Positions 23,537 to 36,267 of a DNA stretch of 64,000 bases are shown piece after piece. The stretch is taken from the NCBI RefSeq assembly GCF_001194135.2, contig NC_068997.1:5818145-5882144 (forward strand). Reading direction: 5' to 3'. Made by a program: the position numbers and the translations under genes. The notes under the pieces are model-generated. The model ran no database searches. It saw only the letters and a list, made by a program, of their open reading frames with translations, and had not been told where the DNA came from. How positions within the stretch are numbered: the first letter of the stretch is position 1; each line of letters begins with the position of its first letter. The DNA comes from Octopus bimaculoides. Its lineage: Eukaryota.

Positions 23537-23936
23537 TAAAGGACACAGGTTTCGTGTGTCACATAGCTAGCTAGAGGCGATGGCTTCTTGGAGCTAATTC
23601 ACGGCAGCTTTCGTCCTAATTTTGGGACTGCCATGTTGGCTTGGCGATAACTATTAATTGTCTCAATGTTTTTACCAGTTCTATTTTTGAAGAATTTGAA
23701 AGACAATCCGACAGTAATACATTCTTTCTGAAGTTGTGTAGTTTTATTTATTTGTTTATTTCAAATACTTGCCGGTCTAATACTGGGGTCAGTTTGATCG
23801 ACTAATCTCTCCCCTCTCTCCCTTATGCTTATGTTAGAAATTATTGGAATTGTGTGAAAGAAAGGAGGGGAAGGGTGGAATTTTGAGTGAGGGTATTGTG
23901 TGTGATGAGTGAGAGGAAAAGCATGAGTTAATATTG

Positions 23937-23946
23937 NNNNNNNNNN
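23937..23946. other. Assembly gap (10 N)
   Basis: N run next to a poly-G tract. Confidence 1.
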
Positions 23947-24639
23947 GGGGGGGGAGGGGAGACAGAGGAGAGAAACTGAATGAAAAGAAATGGAGAATCA
24001 GATGAAAATTACTTTGTTAAAAAATCTGTGTAAATAAGAGTATGTTGCAGTGTTGGCTAGCTAATGTCAGCCAAACACCACATTGCTTCATAATGCTGGT
24101 TTCAGATTACAATCCTGCATTGGCAAAGGCTTATCAATAAACCTTACCTTATCCATTTTAATCTGATTGCAAAAGCTCAGTTGTGGACTGAGAAGGTTCC
24201 TGGTTTGGCAAAGTAAAGAACTTTCAGACACTTTACTGAATGTCTGTGGAAATTTGAAGCGAGCAGGATGAGTAAGGTGTTAAGTTTTTTTTTGTTTTTT
24301 GTTTTTTTTTTGGCAACAAATACGAGAATAGTATAGATTGTAAGTATATTATATGAAACCAATCAGGAAATGTTGGAATATAGAGTTTGGCACACACAAA
24401 AAAAGAAAGATAAAGATTGAAATGTATCTTATACTTTAGGGTCTATTGGTTTAATTTTTTAATCTTATTTGGTTCTGTTTTCAACATTGCTTTGAGTTAT
24501 GATAGCTTTATCATTTATTGTTATTGTCATCAATGTTGTTTGTCATCATCATCATTGCTATCATTGTGATGATAGTTATTGGTGTTTTTCTAGACAAAGC
24601 CAGGTGTGGTAATATTTATCTCCACTTAAAAGTGGATGT

Positions 24640-24840
24640 TCTTTCAGAGCAAACTATACTGCAGTAGTTTGTTCTATCAGAACATTCACATTTAAATGGG
24701 GATAAATATAATCTCTTGGTATTAATACTGCCTCTGTTGGTAAAATATATTTTTCAAAAAGTCTGTGTGATGTGGGAGCTATTTGGTTGCTGTCTCTGGC
24801 AAATGTGGAGTAACTACATATAGGTCTCCCACATTGGTAT
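24640..24840. repeat. Unclassified interspersed repeat
   Basis: cagtagtttgttctatcagaacatt..ctcttggtattaatactgcctctgt shared with 45545-45720 and 45905-46030. Confidence 0.7.
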
Positions 24841-25849
24841 AGGGACAACAACAATGGTGATGGTGGTAGTATGATGTCCCAATAGAGACTTTGTTGATGA
24901 TCTGATAATGATTTGGTGATGATGATATTATGGTAATGATGATGATATGATGAACATGTAGAAACTTCATCAATACTATGATGATGATGATACAACAATA
25001 GTATGATGATAATGATATTGATGATGTCAATGATTATGATGATATGACAGTGGTATGATGATAATGGTGTTAGAATTGAGCTATTATTTAACTAAGCCAG
25101 TGGCTTATATTCAGTATTCTTGGTTCCATTCTTAACAAGGTAGCAGAAGCAAGAATGTAGTCTTTGTTCTTATGAAGAAAAGCTTTCTTCACTATTCTGC
25201 TGCTCTCAGAACATCAAACAAACAAACCATTGCTGCAACAACCACAACAACAAAATTTTCGCTTTTATTGGTTTCTAAACTGTCTCTTGTCCTGTTCTAT
25301 GACTTTCATTTGACCACTTCTGTCTATTGTTTAGCATTTTTGAGACAAATGCCATATTTTCCCCTTTGTCTGCTTCAAGAAAATTAACAAAGCCTTAGCC
25401 TTTAAACAATCATTGTATTGAAATTGGTTAATGATAATAATAACGATAATAATAATAATAATAATGATTTCTTTATGGTTAATAAAGAAAGTATCATCAT
25501 CATCATTGTTTTTCATGGATACTTTTATAATGAATGTTGAATAATTTCCTTCCCTTGCTCTCTACCAGTTTGGTGACACAAATGTAATTTTTGGTTCCTA
25601 ATTCTATTGTAAATATTTTCTCTTTTTCCTTTTCCCATTGCTGTTCATCATCATCATTGTTGTTGATGTTACTTTATAGTTGCTGTCATTGATGTTTTTA
25701 ATTAAAAGCTTTGCTAATTGCGTTTTAATATTACAATTTCTAAAGCTAAGGAGTTGTTCTGTTTGGTGCTCTGACACATGTGTTTACCTCAGCATGCCTG
25801 GCTGGCAATGTGCCTTACCCTTTCCTATATTTCAGTGGTAAGAATGACA

Positions 25850-25885
<36 letters not shown>

Positions 25886-26247
25886 GCATGGCTGTGTGGT
25901 AAGAAGCTTGCTTTCAAACCACATAGTTCAGGGTGGGATCAGTACCACTGCATGGCACTTTGGGCAAGTGTCTTCTACTGTAGCTTCAGGCTGACCAAAG
26001 CCTTGTGATTAGATTTGGCAGACAGAAACTGAAAGAAGCCTGTCATATATGTGTGTGTGTGTTTGTCCCTCCACCATTGTTTGACAACCAATGTTGGTGT
26101 GTTTATGTCCCTGTAACTTAGCAGTTTGGCAAAAGAGACTAGTAGGCTTACAAAGCATAAGTGTTTGGATCAATTTCTTCAGCTAAAACCATTTAAGGCA
26201 GTGCTCCAGCATGCCCACAGTCAAATGACTGAAACAAGTAAAAGAAT
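25886..26247 (+). mobile_element. SINE B1
   Basis: Colinear with 9391-9799. Confidence 0.9.
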
Positions 26248-27117
26248 ATATAGCAGTTGTTTTGAAAGTACACTAATATACAAACATAGAAGCACCAGTA
26301 AAGAGAGCTTCTACATGGTTTCTTGCCCTGCTAGAAATACCAGCTAAATCTCCCTCACTTTATCTTGACAGTAAAAAAAAAAAAATGCACAGTGGATAAT
26401 GTTATTTTGGATGCACTGAAACTGAAAAAGTAAGAGGTTAGTTACAGCTTAGATTTAATGGATCAAAGCTGACCTATAGCTAAACACTTGTTGCAGTTAC
26501 TTAAAAAATACCCATGCTAGCACTGCAAAAAAACCAAAAAAAAAAAACCCACCTAGTACGCTCTACAGTGGCTGGCATTAAGAAAGGCATCCAACCATAG
26601 AAACCAAGCCAAAACAGACTATGGAACCTGGTGTGGTCTCCAGCCTTCCCAGTTCCTGTCAAGCTGTCCAACCAATGCCAGCATGAAAAACATGTTAAAT
26701 GTTAATGATATATGCCTACTTACCATACAGGGTTTTCACAAAAAGAAATCAACCAATTAACTTCCACATTACAAATACAACCTGTAAGTGGAGTAAGTGG
26801 AACAGTAAAAATATGCAAGATATTTCTCAAGTTTAAAATTAGACATTGTTTTTGTTAGCTACTTTCCAATGATGGAGATTTGCACCTTTGTTAGAAACCA
26901 GTTCCTTCTTCACAGGTAGAATTCAAATAATGGCATTAGGAAGGGCATCCAGCTGTAGAAACCATGCCTAAACAGACAACTGGAGCCTGATGCAGCCCTC
27001 TTATCGGACTGTCCAGTGCATGCCAGCATGGAAAACAGACATTAAATGATAATGATGATGATATTAGAAAATTCATGAAACAAAGGATTTCCATAGGTTC
27101 CCCTAGTAAATAATAAT

Positions 27118-27568
27118 TCTTATTAATTTTTGGCACAAGGCCAAGAATTTTGAGGGGAGGAGGAAATCAGTTACATCAACCCTAGTATTTGATCGGCACT
27201 TCCTTGGCGGAATTTGAACTCAGAATGTAAAGACAGATGAAATGCCAATAAGCATTTTGCCTGGCGTGCTAACGATTCAACCAGCTTGCTGCCTTACTGC
27301 TGCTGCTGCTGCTACTACTACTACTACTACTACTTCCACCACCACCACCACCACCACTAATAATAATCCTTTTTACTATAGGCACAAGGTCTTAAATTTT
27401 GTGGGTGGGTACATCAGTCCTTCTGCTCCACTGGTACTTACTTTATCGACCCTGAAAGGATGAGAGGTAAAGTCAATCTCGATGGAATTTGAACTCAAAA
27501 TGTAAGGACGGATGAAATGCCACCAAGCATTTTGCCCAGCATACTAACGATTCTGCCAGCTCACTACC

Positions 27569-27610
<42 letters not shown>

Positions 27611-27950
27611 GTTTCAAATTTTGGCACAAGGCCAGTTATTTTAGGGGAGGTAGTTAATTACATCAACTTCGTTACTTGACTGGTACTAATTTTATTAATC
27701 CTGAAAGGATAAAAAGCTGAGTCAGCCTTGGTGGAATGTGAACTCAGAATGTATAGAGCCAAAACATGCAATTTTGTCTGACGTGCTAATGATCCTGCCA
27801 GCTTGCTACCTTAATAATAATTTTAATGATAATAATAATAATAATAATAATAATAATGGTTTCAAATTTTTGGGGAGGGGTTAAATTACATCAACTCCAG
27901 TGTATTTTATTGACCTTGAGAGGGATGAAATGCAAAGTTGACCTCAGCAG
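27118..27950 (-). mobile_element. Head-to-tail cluster of four SINE A copies separated by (AAT)n/(ACT)n
   Basis: Copies at ~27118-27295, 27370-27575, 27610-27812, 27848-27950, all on the minus strand. Confidence 0.85.
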
Positions 27951-28331
27951 AATGATGATGATGATGATAATATTTAGTGTGCTAAATACAACATCTAATA
28001 TTGTTATCAAACAAAAATCAACGCTATTTGGAGCTGCTTATAATCCTGCAAAACACACACTCTATCTGAAGTCATGTGACTTAATGGAAAGTACTGAGTC
28101 CCTACCCAGCCAAGATTGAAGCCATGCTAGAAATTAATAATGATGATAACAGTGAAAAAGTACTGTAAAGTTAAGAAAAAATGTTAAAAATAAAATGGTG
28201 AGTGTAGTTTTGGCAGCATCCTACTTATACAACAGGAAGACTAACATTAAATATTTATACTTTTGTTGCAATGTAAGTTGTACATATTTTACTATGCTAG
28301 CTAATATTCACTGTTGTTTTGTTTTTTTAAG

Positions 28332-28346
28332 TCTCTTTGAAGAATG
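28332..28346 (+). CDS. Candidate 15-nt microexon, unverified
   Basis: Branch-like CTAAT at 28301-28305, tgttgttttgtttttttaag|TCTCTTTGAAGAATG|gtaaga. Confidence 0.35.
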
Positions 28347-29761
28347 GTAAGATGGATGGATAATATTGTCTGCTATTTAGAAAATGGTCATTAACAAAAT
28401 AACACCAAAATAAATATAAATTATATAAATAAAAGTAAAAATTTAATATAAACAATGAAAAAGATGTATGAAAGATTAAGAGAAAAAATGGAGAGTCACT
28501 TAATTTATAATTATTTATAGTAAGAAGGAGAGAAATAGTGTTTGTGGTGTGTGAGAGGGAAGGGAAGGGAGTAGAAAGAAAAGGAGAGATAGGTAATGAG
28601 AGAGGGAAAAGAATGTTTCTGTGTATAAGAGAGAGACAGTGGAAGATGGAGAGGGAAGGAGATAGAGAGATAATGTGAGAGAATGTGTGTCAGAGACAGA
28701 GAAGTGGAGTGAGGAAAAGAGAAGGAAAGATAGGTAGTGTGAGTGAAGTAAGAGGTAAGAATCAAAAAGTACATGAGAAAGAGATAGACTGTATACGAGT
28801 GTGTGTGTGAGAGATAGAGAGAGACAGAATCTTGTGTGTGTATGTGTATGCATTTCTCCCCCAGTCCGTGTCTATATCTCTCTCTATATATATGTATATA
28901 TAATATTGAGTGAAATAGAGAGAAATAATAATGGTATGTAAGTTAGAGAGAGGGGGAAGAGAGAGAGAGAGGAAAGTCTTCAGTTTAATGATACCAAGAT
29001 CTACTAAATTATATGAAACAGAAAAATATAGTTTCATTTTCTATATTTGCCACTATACATACAATAATAAAACACTTTCTACTATAGACACAAAGCCTGA
29101 TATTTTAGGGGAGGTGACTAGTTGATTAACTGGTACTTATTTTATTGAACCCGAAAGGATGAAAAGCAGCTGAAAGAAATTCTATTAAGCATTTTGTCTG
29201 ACACTAATGATTCTTCAAACTCACTACATTATTAATAGCAGTTTCAAATTTTGGCACAGGGTTGGTAGTTTTTGAGGCGGGGTGTGGGGGAGCGATTACA
29301 TCAATCCCAGTACAAGACTGATACTTATTTTAATGACCCCCTCCCCCTCCCAGTACATGAGTGGTACTTATCTTATCGATCCAAATGGATGAAAGGCAAA
29401 GGTGACTTTGGTGATATTTGAGCTAAGAATGTAATGATGGATGAAATTCCACTGAGCATTTTGTTCAGCATTAACTATTCTTCCCGCTGGCTGCCATATT
29501 AATAATGATAATAATGATTTCTTTTATCTTTTAGTTTATATTATTTTATAAAAGACAAAAGAAAAATTATTATTATTATAACAGCAAGCTAATAATAATG
29601 GTTTCAAATTTTGGCATAAGGCCAGAAGTTTTAGGGAGAGAGGTCTAGTTGGTTACATTAACACCAGTATTTGACTGGTACTTATTTTATCGATCTTGAA
29701 AGGATGAAAGGCAAGTTGACCCCACTGAGATTTGAAATCTGAAAATAAATAAATTGACCTA

Positions 29762-30727
29762 GAGCTATAGTGGCAGGAATTTCCTCAAAGGGCTGCATAG
29801 TAGAACTGAATTCCGGTCTAGTGACTTTACTCTTGAAAACCAGCCCAAGGTGGATAATGATGAGATGGAAACAGTAGTGGAAGCGGATACATCTCAAATT
29901 ATGTGTGAGTTAGCAGCAAGGTTTGATGTTTCAATTCCAACTGTATTGGACCATCTGAAACAGATCGTCAAGGTAAAGAAACTGAACAAGTGGGTACCAC
30001 AGGAACTGAACGAGCATCAAATGACACATCATCTTGAAACTTGCTGTTTTTTGCTGCCATGGCATAAAAGCAAACCATTTTTACATTGTATTGTTATGTG
30101 TTATGAAAAATGGATTCTTTCCAGCAATAGCAAGCATTCTGCACAGTGGTTGGATAGAGATGAAGTACCAAAACACAATCCCAAAAAGCTAATGGTGTCT
30201 GTTTGGTGATCCAGTGGTGTCATCCAGTACAGTTTCATGAGACCTGATGAGTCCACTACAGTGGATGTATGCATTAAACAATTGGATGGAATGATGAGTG
30301 AACTTGCAATCAAATAACTGAGATTGGTCAATAGAGATAGGCCAATTCTCTTGCAAGACAATGCTTAACCACATGTTACACAAGAAATGCTACTCAAGTT
30401 ACAGGAACTGAACTTGGAAGTACTCGGCCATCCACCATATTCACCAGACCTTGCACCAACTGACTATCACGTTTTCTAGGTATTAGAACATTTTTTGTAA
30501 GGAAAAAACTTCAAATCTGAAGAAGATGCAAAAACAGCCTTTGTGATTTCATCACCTCTTGCTCTCTAGAATTCTTTGCTGCCAGCATAAATAAGCTACT
30601 GATAAAATGGGAAAATTGTGTTGATAATTTAGGTGCATACTTTGATTTACTGCATTGCTTTTTGTTGAGATAAAGTAAAATAAACTTTCAGTTTAAAATC
30701 AGACGTTTCATTCTTAATGATCTGATA
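29762..30727 (+). pseudogene. Decayed mariner (DD34D-type) transposase, 5' end missing, 3' TIR region present
   Basis: KWVPQEL, YEKWIL (DEKWI), LLQDNA, HPPYSPDLAPTDYH motifs with stops and frameshifts. Confidence 0.9.
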
Positions 30728-31244
30728 TATATATGCGTGTGTGTGTGTCCGTGTATGTATGTATGACTTGAGGTCAGTGACTGAAACTGACTTAGCAATT
30801 TCAATAAAATGTAGACATACACACGACTGAACTTTACACTATTTCAATGCTGCTCCCATTTTTTGACTCACTTCTTGGCAGTTTTCCAAAATGACAAACC
30901 AGTCACTTCAGCAAGAACGAAGAAATCGGATGAATGCCCCCACCTTTTTTTGTTTATTTTGGCTTTTTGCTTCCTTCTCCCTCTCTCTGTTTCTCTTCTT
31001 CTCCCTCTTCATCTGTCTCCCTCTCTCTGTTTCTCTTCTTCTCCCTCCTCCTCTCTCATGCTCTCTTAATTTGTTTACAAATCAGACATTTTTTTCTTTT
31101 CCTAGAAAATGTTTTTCACATACATAATTTACAGGAAATTATTTTCATAAACAATTACTTTTTCTGCTTCTCCTAACTTTGTACTGAAAAGAGAAGAGAA
31201 GCGATCATCATCATATAATAATAATAGCAATAATAATAATAATA

Positions 31245-31925
31245 ATAATGGTTTCTGATTTAGGCTCAAAGCCAGTAGTTTTGAGAGAAGGGGAGAAATA
31301 GATTACATTGACCTAGTACTTGACTGGAATTTATTTTATAGACCCTGGAATTATAAAAGGCTAAGTTGACTTCAGCAGGATTTGAACTCAGAACATGAAG
31401 AGCTAATGGTTTCTGATATTTGGCAGAATGCCAGCAATTTTGAAGGGAGAGGGGACAGTCAATATCATCAACCCTAGTACTTAACTGGTACTTTTATTGA
31501 TCCCAAAAGTATGTAATGTAAAGACTACTCTCCTCCCCTTTAAAACTGCTGGCATTGCACCTAAATCAGAAATCACTACTTTGAATCTTTACATTCTGAC
31601 TTCAAATTCTGCTGAGGCCTATTTTGTTTTTCATCCTTTCGGGGGTGGGGGTGAAGGGTTGATATAATTGACCTGTCCCCCTCCCCTCAAAATTGCTTTT
31701 TTTTTTGGTCAAAATTTGCAACCATTATTAAAGGTGGTGTACTGGCAGATCTGTTGGCACACTGGACAAAATATTAGCAGCCTTTTGTGCTGTGTTCAGG
31801 TTTCACAGAAGTTGATTTTGCCTTTCATCCTCTCAGGGTCAGTGAAATAGCTACCAATTGAGTACTGGGGTAATGTAATCAAGTAGTCCCCTCCCCCAAA
31901 ATTTCCGGCTTTGTGTCCATAGTAG
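31245..31925. mobile_element. Cluster of SINE A fragments (minus, then plus)
   Basis: Family A body and tail segments repeated. Confidence 0.75.
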
Positions 31926-31959
31926 AAACTATTATAATAATTTTATTATTTGATGAAAA

Positions 31960-32220
31960 TTCTCAGCCTATTGTTATTATGGCTCATGTGAATGGGCCTA
32001 CTCTGGACATTGACTTGTAAACCAGTGGAGTTGTGAAGGAGAGGCACCAGCTGAGGGGTAACCAGGATGTGTGGGCTTCTTTGGTTGCCCCCTTTTAGGA
32101 ATTTTACTGTTGTTTTTTTACGTGACTTTGTACTAAATCCCACTTGTCCTTTCTGTTGTATTGTTCCTATGTGTTTTGTATTCAGCTCTTGTAGCCAATA
32201 AAGAAAACATTATTATTATC
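31960..32220 (+). mobile_element. Possible Tx1-like LINE 3' end
   Basis: Ends ttttgtattcagctcttgtagccAATAAAgaaaacattattatt; short coding remnant IMAHVNGPTLDIDL*. Confidence 0.35.
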
Positions 32221-32480
32221 ATAGCGATCTGGCAGAATCATTACTGCATCAGACAAAATGCTTAGCAGTGTTTCTTCCAGCTCTTTATGTACTGTGTTCA
32301 AATTCTGCTGAGGTCAACTTTGCCTTTAATTGTTTCAAGTTGATACAATTAACTCCTTCCTCTGAAACTGTTGGCCTTGTGCCATATATAAAGACAACAA
32401 CATATCTAGCATCATTATTATTAATGTTTACTAATGTGTTTAAGACATACCATTTTATATACAAACATTAAAAATACTAA

Positions 32481-32770
32481 AGTGTTAAACCTTTGACATG
32501 ATACACCACTCTACATGAATATATCAACAGTGTTGTTTACTAGTGTTTAGCTTTAGACAAGGTGCACTACTCTACTCTATACAAATGCATTGATATATCT
32601 AACACAATGTTTCCACAGTGTTAAACCTTAGACAAGACACACCACTCTACATTATATAAATGCAATGATATCACTAACACCATTAGTATTATGAATATTA
32701 AAGTATTAAACCTTAGACATGAGTTACCACTCTATTTCATATAAAAGCCCTCAAAATATCTCGCACCATT
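32481..32770. repeat. Degenerate minisatellite, 61-85-bp units
   Basis: Core agtgttaaaccttagaca.ga.acaccactcta at 32481, 32542, 32617, 32702. Confidence 0.75.
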
Positions 32771-33219
32771 TTGTATTACAGATTATAAGGATTTCATAAT
32801 AAATTTGTGGTCCTTTTTTTTTTTTCAATATATATATTTTTTAAGAAACCTAAATCAATCTTCCCCGTTGCTCCCCCCACTCTATTTCATTTCCACCCAC
32901 CTGCTCAATCTGAAACAATTGATATAATACAATACGCAGCAACAGATATTTTCTAGCTCATATTTCTTCATGACTTAAAAATAAATTTGAAAAGAGATCT
33001 CATTATCTTTATTCACTCTTATTTTTGTTTGTTTTATTTCATTTGTGTGTGTGTATGTGTGTTTGCATCATCATCATCATCATCACTGTTGCTGTCACTG
33101 TCACCACCACCACCACCATCAATCACTATCTCATTATTACCATCTTCATCATCGTCCCCATCATCAGCATCACCATTATCACTACCACCTTACCATAATC
33201 ATCATTGTCATTACTATTA

Positions 33220-33905
33220 TTGGCAGAATTGCTAGCATGTCTGACAAAATGCTGAGTGGCGCTTCTTCCAGCTCTTTATATTCTGAGTTCAAATTTTGCC
33301 ATGGTCAACTCTGCCTTTCATTTTTTTAGGATCCTTAAAATAAGTACCAGTTGAATACTGGGATCAATGTAAATCAACTTGCCCCCTTCCCCACCATATT
33401 TCAGAGCTGGGCCTATAGTAGAAAGACTTAATATCATTATTATAATGGCAGTGAGCTGGCAGAATTGTCAGCATATCGGACAAAATGCTTAACTTACATT
33501 TCTTCCAGTTTTCATTCTGACTTCAAATTCTGCTAAAGTTGACTTAGCCTTTCATCTTTTTAGGATTGACAAAATAAGTACTAGTTGAATTAATCAGCCC
33601 TTTCTCCCCAAATTTCAGGCCTTGTACCTATAGTAAAGATTATTATTGTTGTTGTTGTTAATTTTCGTTTATGTTGTGAATATTTTTATTAGGGCAGCAA
33701 ACTGGTAGAATTGTTAGCATGCTGGGCATGATGCTTAGCAGCATTTAAGCAGTCTTTGCGTTCTGAGTTCAAATTCTGCCAGGGTTGACTTTGCCCATAA
33801 TCCTTTCGTGGTTGATAAAATAAGTACCAGTTGAACACTGGGATCAATATAATTGACTTATCCCTTCTCCCAAAATTGCTGGCCTTGTGCCAAAATTTGA
33901 AATCA
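33220..33905 (+). mobile_element. Head-to-tail cluster of three SINE A copies
   Basis: Copies at ~33220-33425, 33445-33645, 33690-33905 separated by ATT/GTT tracts. Confidence 0.85.
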
Positions 33906-33939
33906 ATATAGATATTGTTATTGTTGTTATATCAGTGAA

Positions 33940-34290
33940 ATTGTTGTCATGGCCAATGCCAATGTCACATAACTGGCACCTTCTGAATGTTGGCCCTCAC
34001 AGAAGCAGTGACAGTGACTGAGACCTTTGGCGGTATACTGTGCTTGAGAAGACCTGTTAAGCCAAATGAGATCGTAGCTGTGGCCAATGCTGGTGTTACG
34101 TAACTGGCACCTGTGCTGGTGGCATGTAAAAAGCACCCACTACACTCTTTGAGTAGTTGACTTTAGGAAGGGTATCCAGCCATAGAAACCATGCCAAATC
34201 AGATTGGAACTTGGTGCAGCTTACCAGTTTTTAGTCAAACCATCCCACCCATGCCAGCATGGAAAATGGACGTTAAATGATGATGATGAT
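33940..34290 (+). mobile_element. RTE 3' end
   Basis: ..taaaaagcacccactacactc..ccatgccagcatggaaaatggacgttaaatgatgatgat. Confidence 0.8.
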
Positions 34291-34779
34291 GTTCTCATAG
34301 TGGTGATGGATTTTGAGAATCATTAGAGTATTGGTTAAAAATATCTTGAGATATCTAGTTTCAACTGTAGATTCTGAGTTCAAAGCCTACTGGCACCAGC
34401 TCTACCTTTTATTTCTTGGAGAAGGAGTGTGTGTGTGTGTGGGGGGGGGGGGCAGGTCAATAAAATAAGTACTATTAAGAACTAGACTACCCCACCTCTC
34501 CTTAAAATATTCTGGCCTGAAGCCTAAATCAGAAATCATATTATTTATGTTGCTGTTTTTCTTAATGTTATTTTGGTTGCTGTTGTTTTGCTATTTTCTA
34601 CCTTCTCTCTTCATAAATGTTAATAAGAAATTATATAAATAGCCAACAACACCAACTCCCTCCAATTCTATCATTACCATCCTCTCTTAAGAAATTAGAG
34701 CAGACTTCTTAGATTTCAATCATCTCTGCAAATGCTAGAAAAAAGGATTTTTGTCTGTTTACCTGTGTTTTTGAAATCT

Positions 34780-35260
34780 TTTATCTCTCTCTCTCTCTTT
34801 CACTTTGTCCTTCACTCTTTATCTCTCTCTCATTTTCTTTGCATGTCTTTTTGTCTCTCCCTCTCCCTTTCCCTCCTTCCTTCCTCCTTCTCTTTCCCTT
34901 CCCCTCTTCCCCCTCCCACTCTCTTTCCCACCCCATCTACCTCTCTCCCTCTCGTTTTCTTCTTTTTCTACCTGCACTTGTATTTATATTTTATATTATA
35001 TATTTTTGATTTTTTTTTCCTTGTTTTTAAATTTTCATATTTTTTTCATTTCTCTCTTTCTTTGCCACTCTTTCTCTTAATTTGCTTTCTGCCTCTCCTT
35101 TTCGCCACCCCACCCAATCTCCTTTTATCTTTTTCTTTTTCATTCTTTTATTACTTCCCTCTCTATTTATCACTCTCTTTCACCACACCCTTTCATCACT
35201 CTCTCCCTGTCTCCTCTCTCTTTCTCTCTCTCTCCTTTAGAATTTTCTTGTTCTATTTTC
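34780..35260. repeat. Long polypyrimidine low-complexity tract
   Basis: C/T-dominated on + strand; similar purine/pyrimidine tracts at 28510-28790, 37230-37760, 40720-41240, 48400-48660. Confidence 0.85.
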
Positions 35261-35321
35261 ATTTATATCTATATTTTCATAGCATACATATATCTACTCA
35301 CACACACACACACAAACCAAG

Positions 35322-35369
<48 letters not shown>

Positions 35370-36016
35370 GTGAGAGAAAGAGTGAATCAATAAATACTAC
35401 ACAAGTTGTTCAGACTCCAGTCAGATTCCACAGTGTTACACCTGGCACCTTTCGCCACAAGCACACACACACATGCACACACATGCACACACACAGACCA
35501 TATGTGTATTCTGTAGTGAGAATGTGCTAATTGGTTTTGGAATTGTCAATAATATTCCTTTCCGAAATATGTTTAAAAGAAACAAAAAAGATCAAGAAGA
35601 CATGCACATACATACATACATACTTGAACACTTAATAAACTCACATGTATACGCATAAATATATGCATAATAAGAGGGCTGAGGGGAAAGTGCCCCAGCA
35701 CAGCATCCTATATACTCAATACACATGTATGTAGTTGAGTTGAAAAGAAAAAACTTCCAGTTAACTGAAGTTATCCATGCAATTAGTAAATAAAAACTCC
35801 CTCTGAAGGTGCTTATTGAAAAAAAAAAGTAACACCAATGAGAATAGCTAAGTAAAGTTTTTGAAAAATAAGCATGGTGCAGATAGGGGTCAATCTGGTC
35901 TTTAAAGTCAGCTGGCAACAGCGATGCACATGTTCCAGTCTTATTAGCCTCTCTAGCAAAGGGTAATAAGTGAACATTTATAAACATAATGTAGTGTCAG
36001 TACATAGTGTGTGTAT

Positions 36017-36061
<45 letters not shown>

Positions 36062-36267
36062 GACTGTTGTATTATGACTGTTTTTATCTTGTATTTATTA
36101 TTTCTGCTTTGTTTGAGCATGATTCTTTGCTTAAATAAGAGTAGTATTTGCAATTAGTTTTTAAATTTTGATATTTTCCATGATAAAATTTTGATTTAAA
36201 TTTATTTATTGCAAGAAACAGCAAGGTTTCTTTCTCTAATGTTTTGCATAGTTTAACAAGTTTCCAG

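Noticed and set aside
32481-32770. CRISPR-like appearance (also 40299-40450)
   Set aside because: Repeats are degenerate, spacers are mutually homologous or irregular, there are no cas genes, and the context is eukaryotic.
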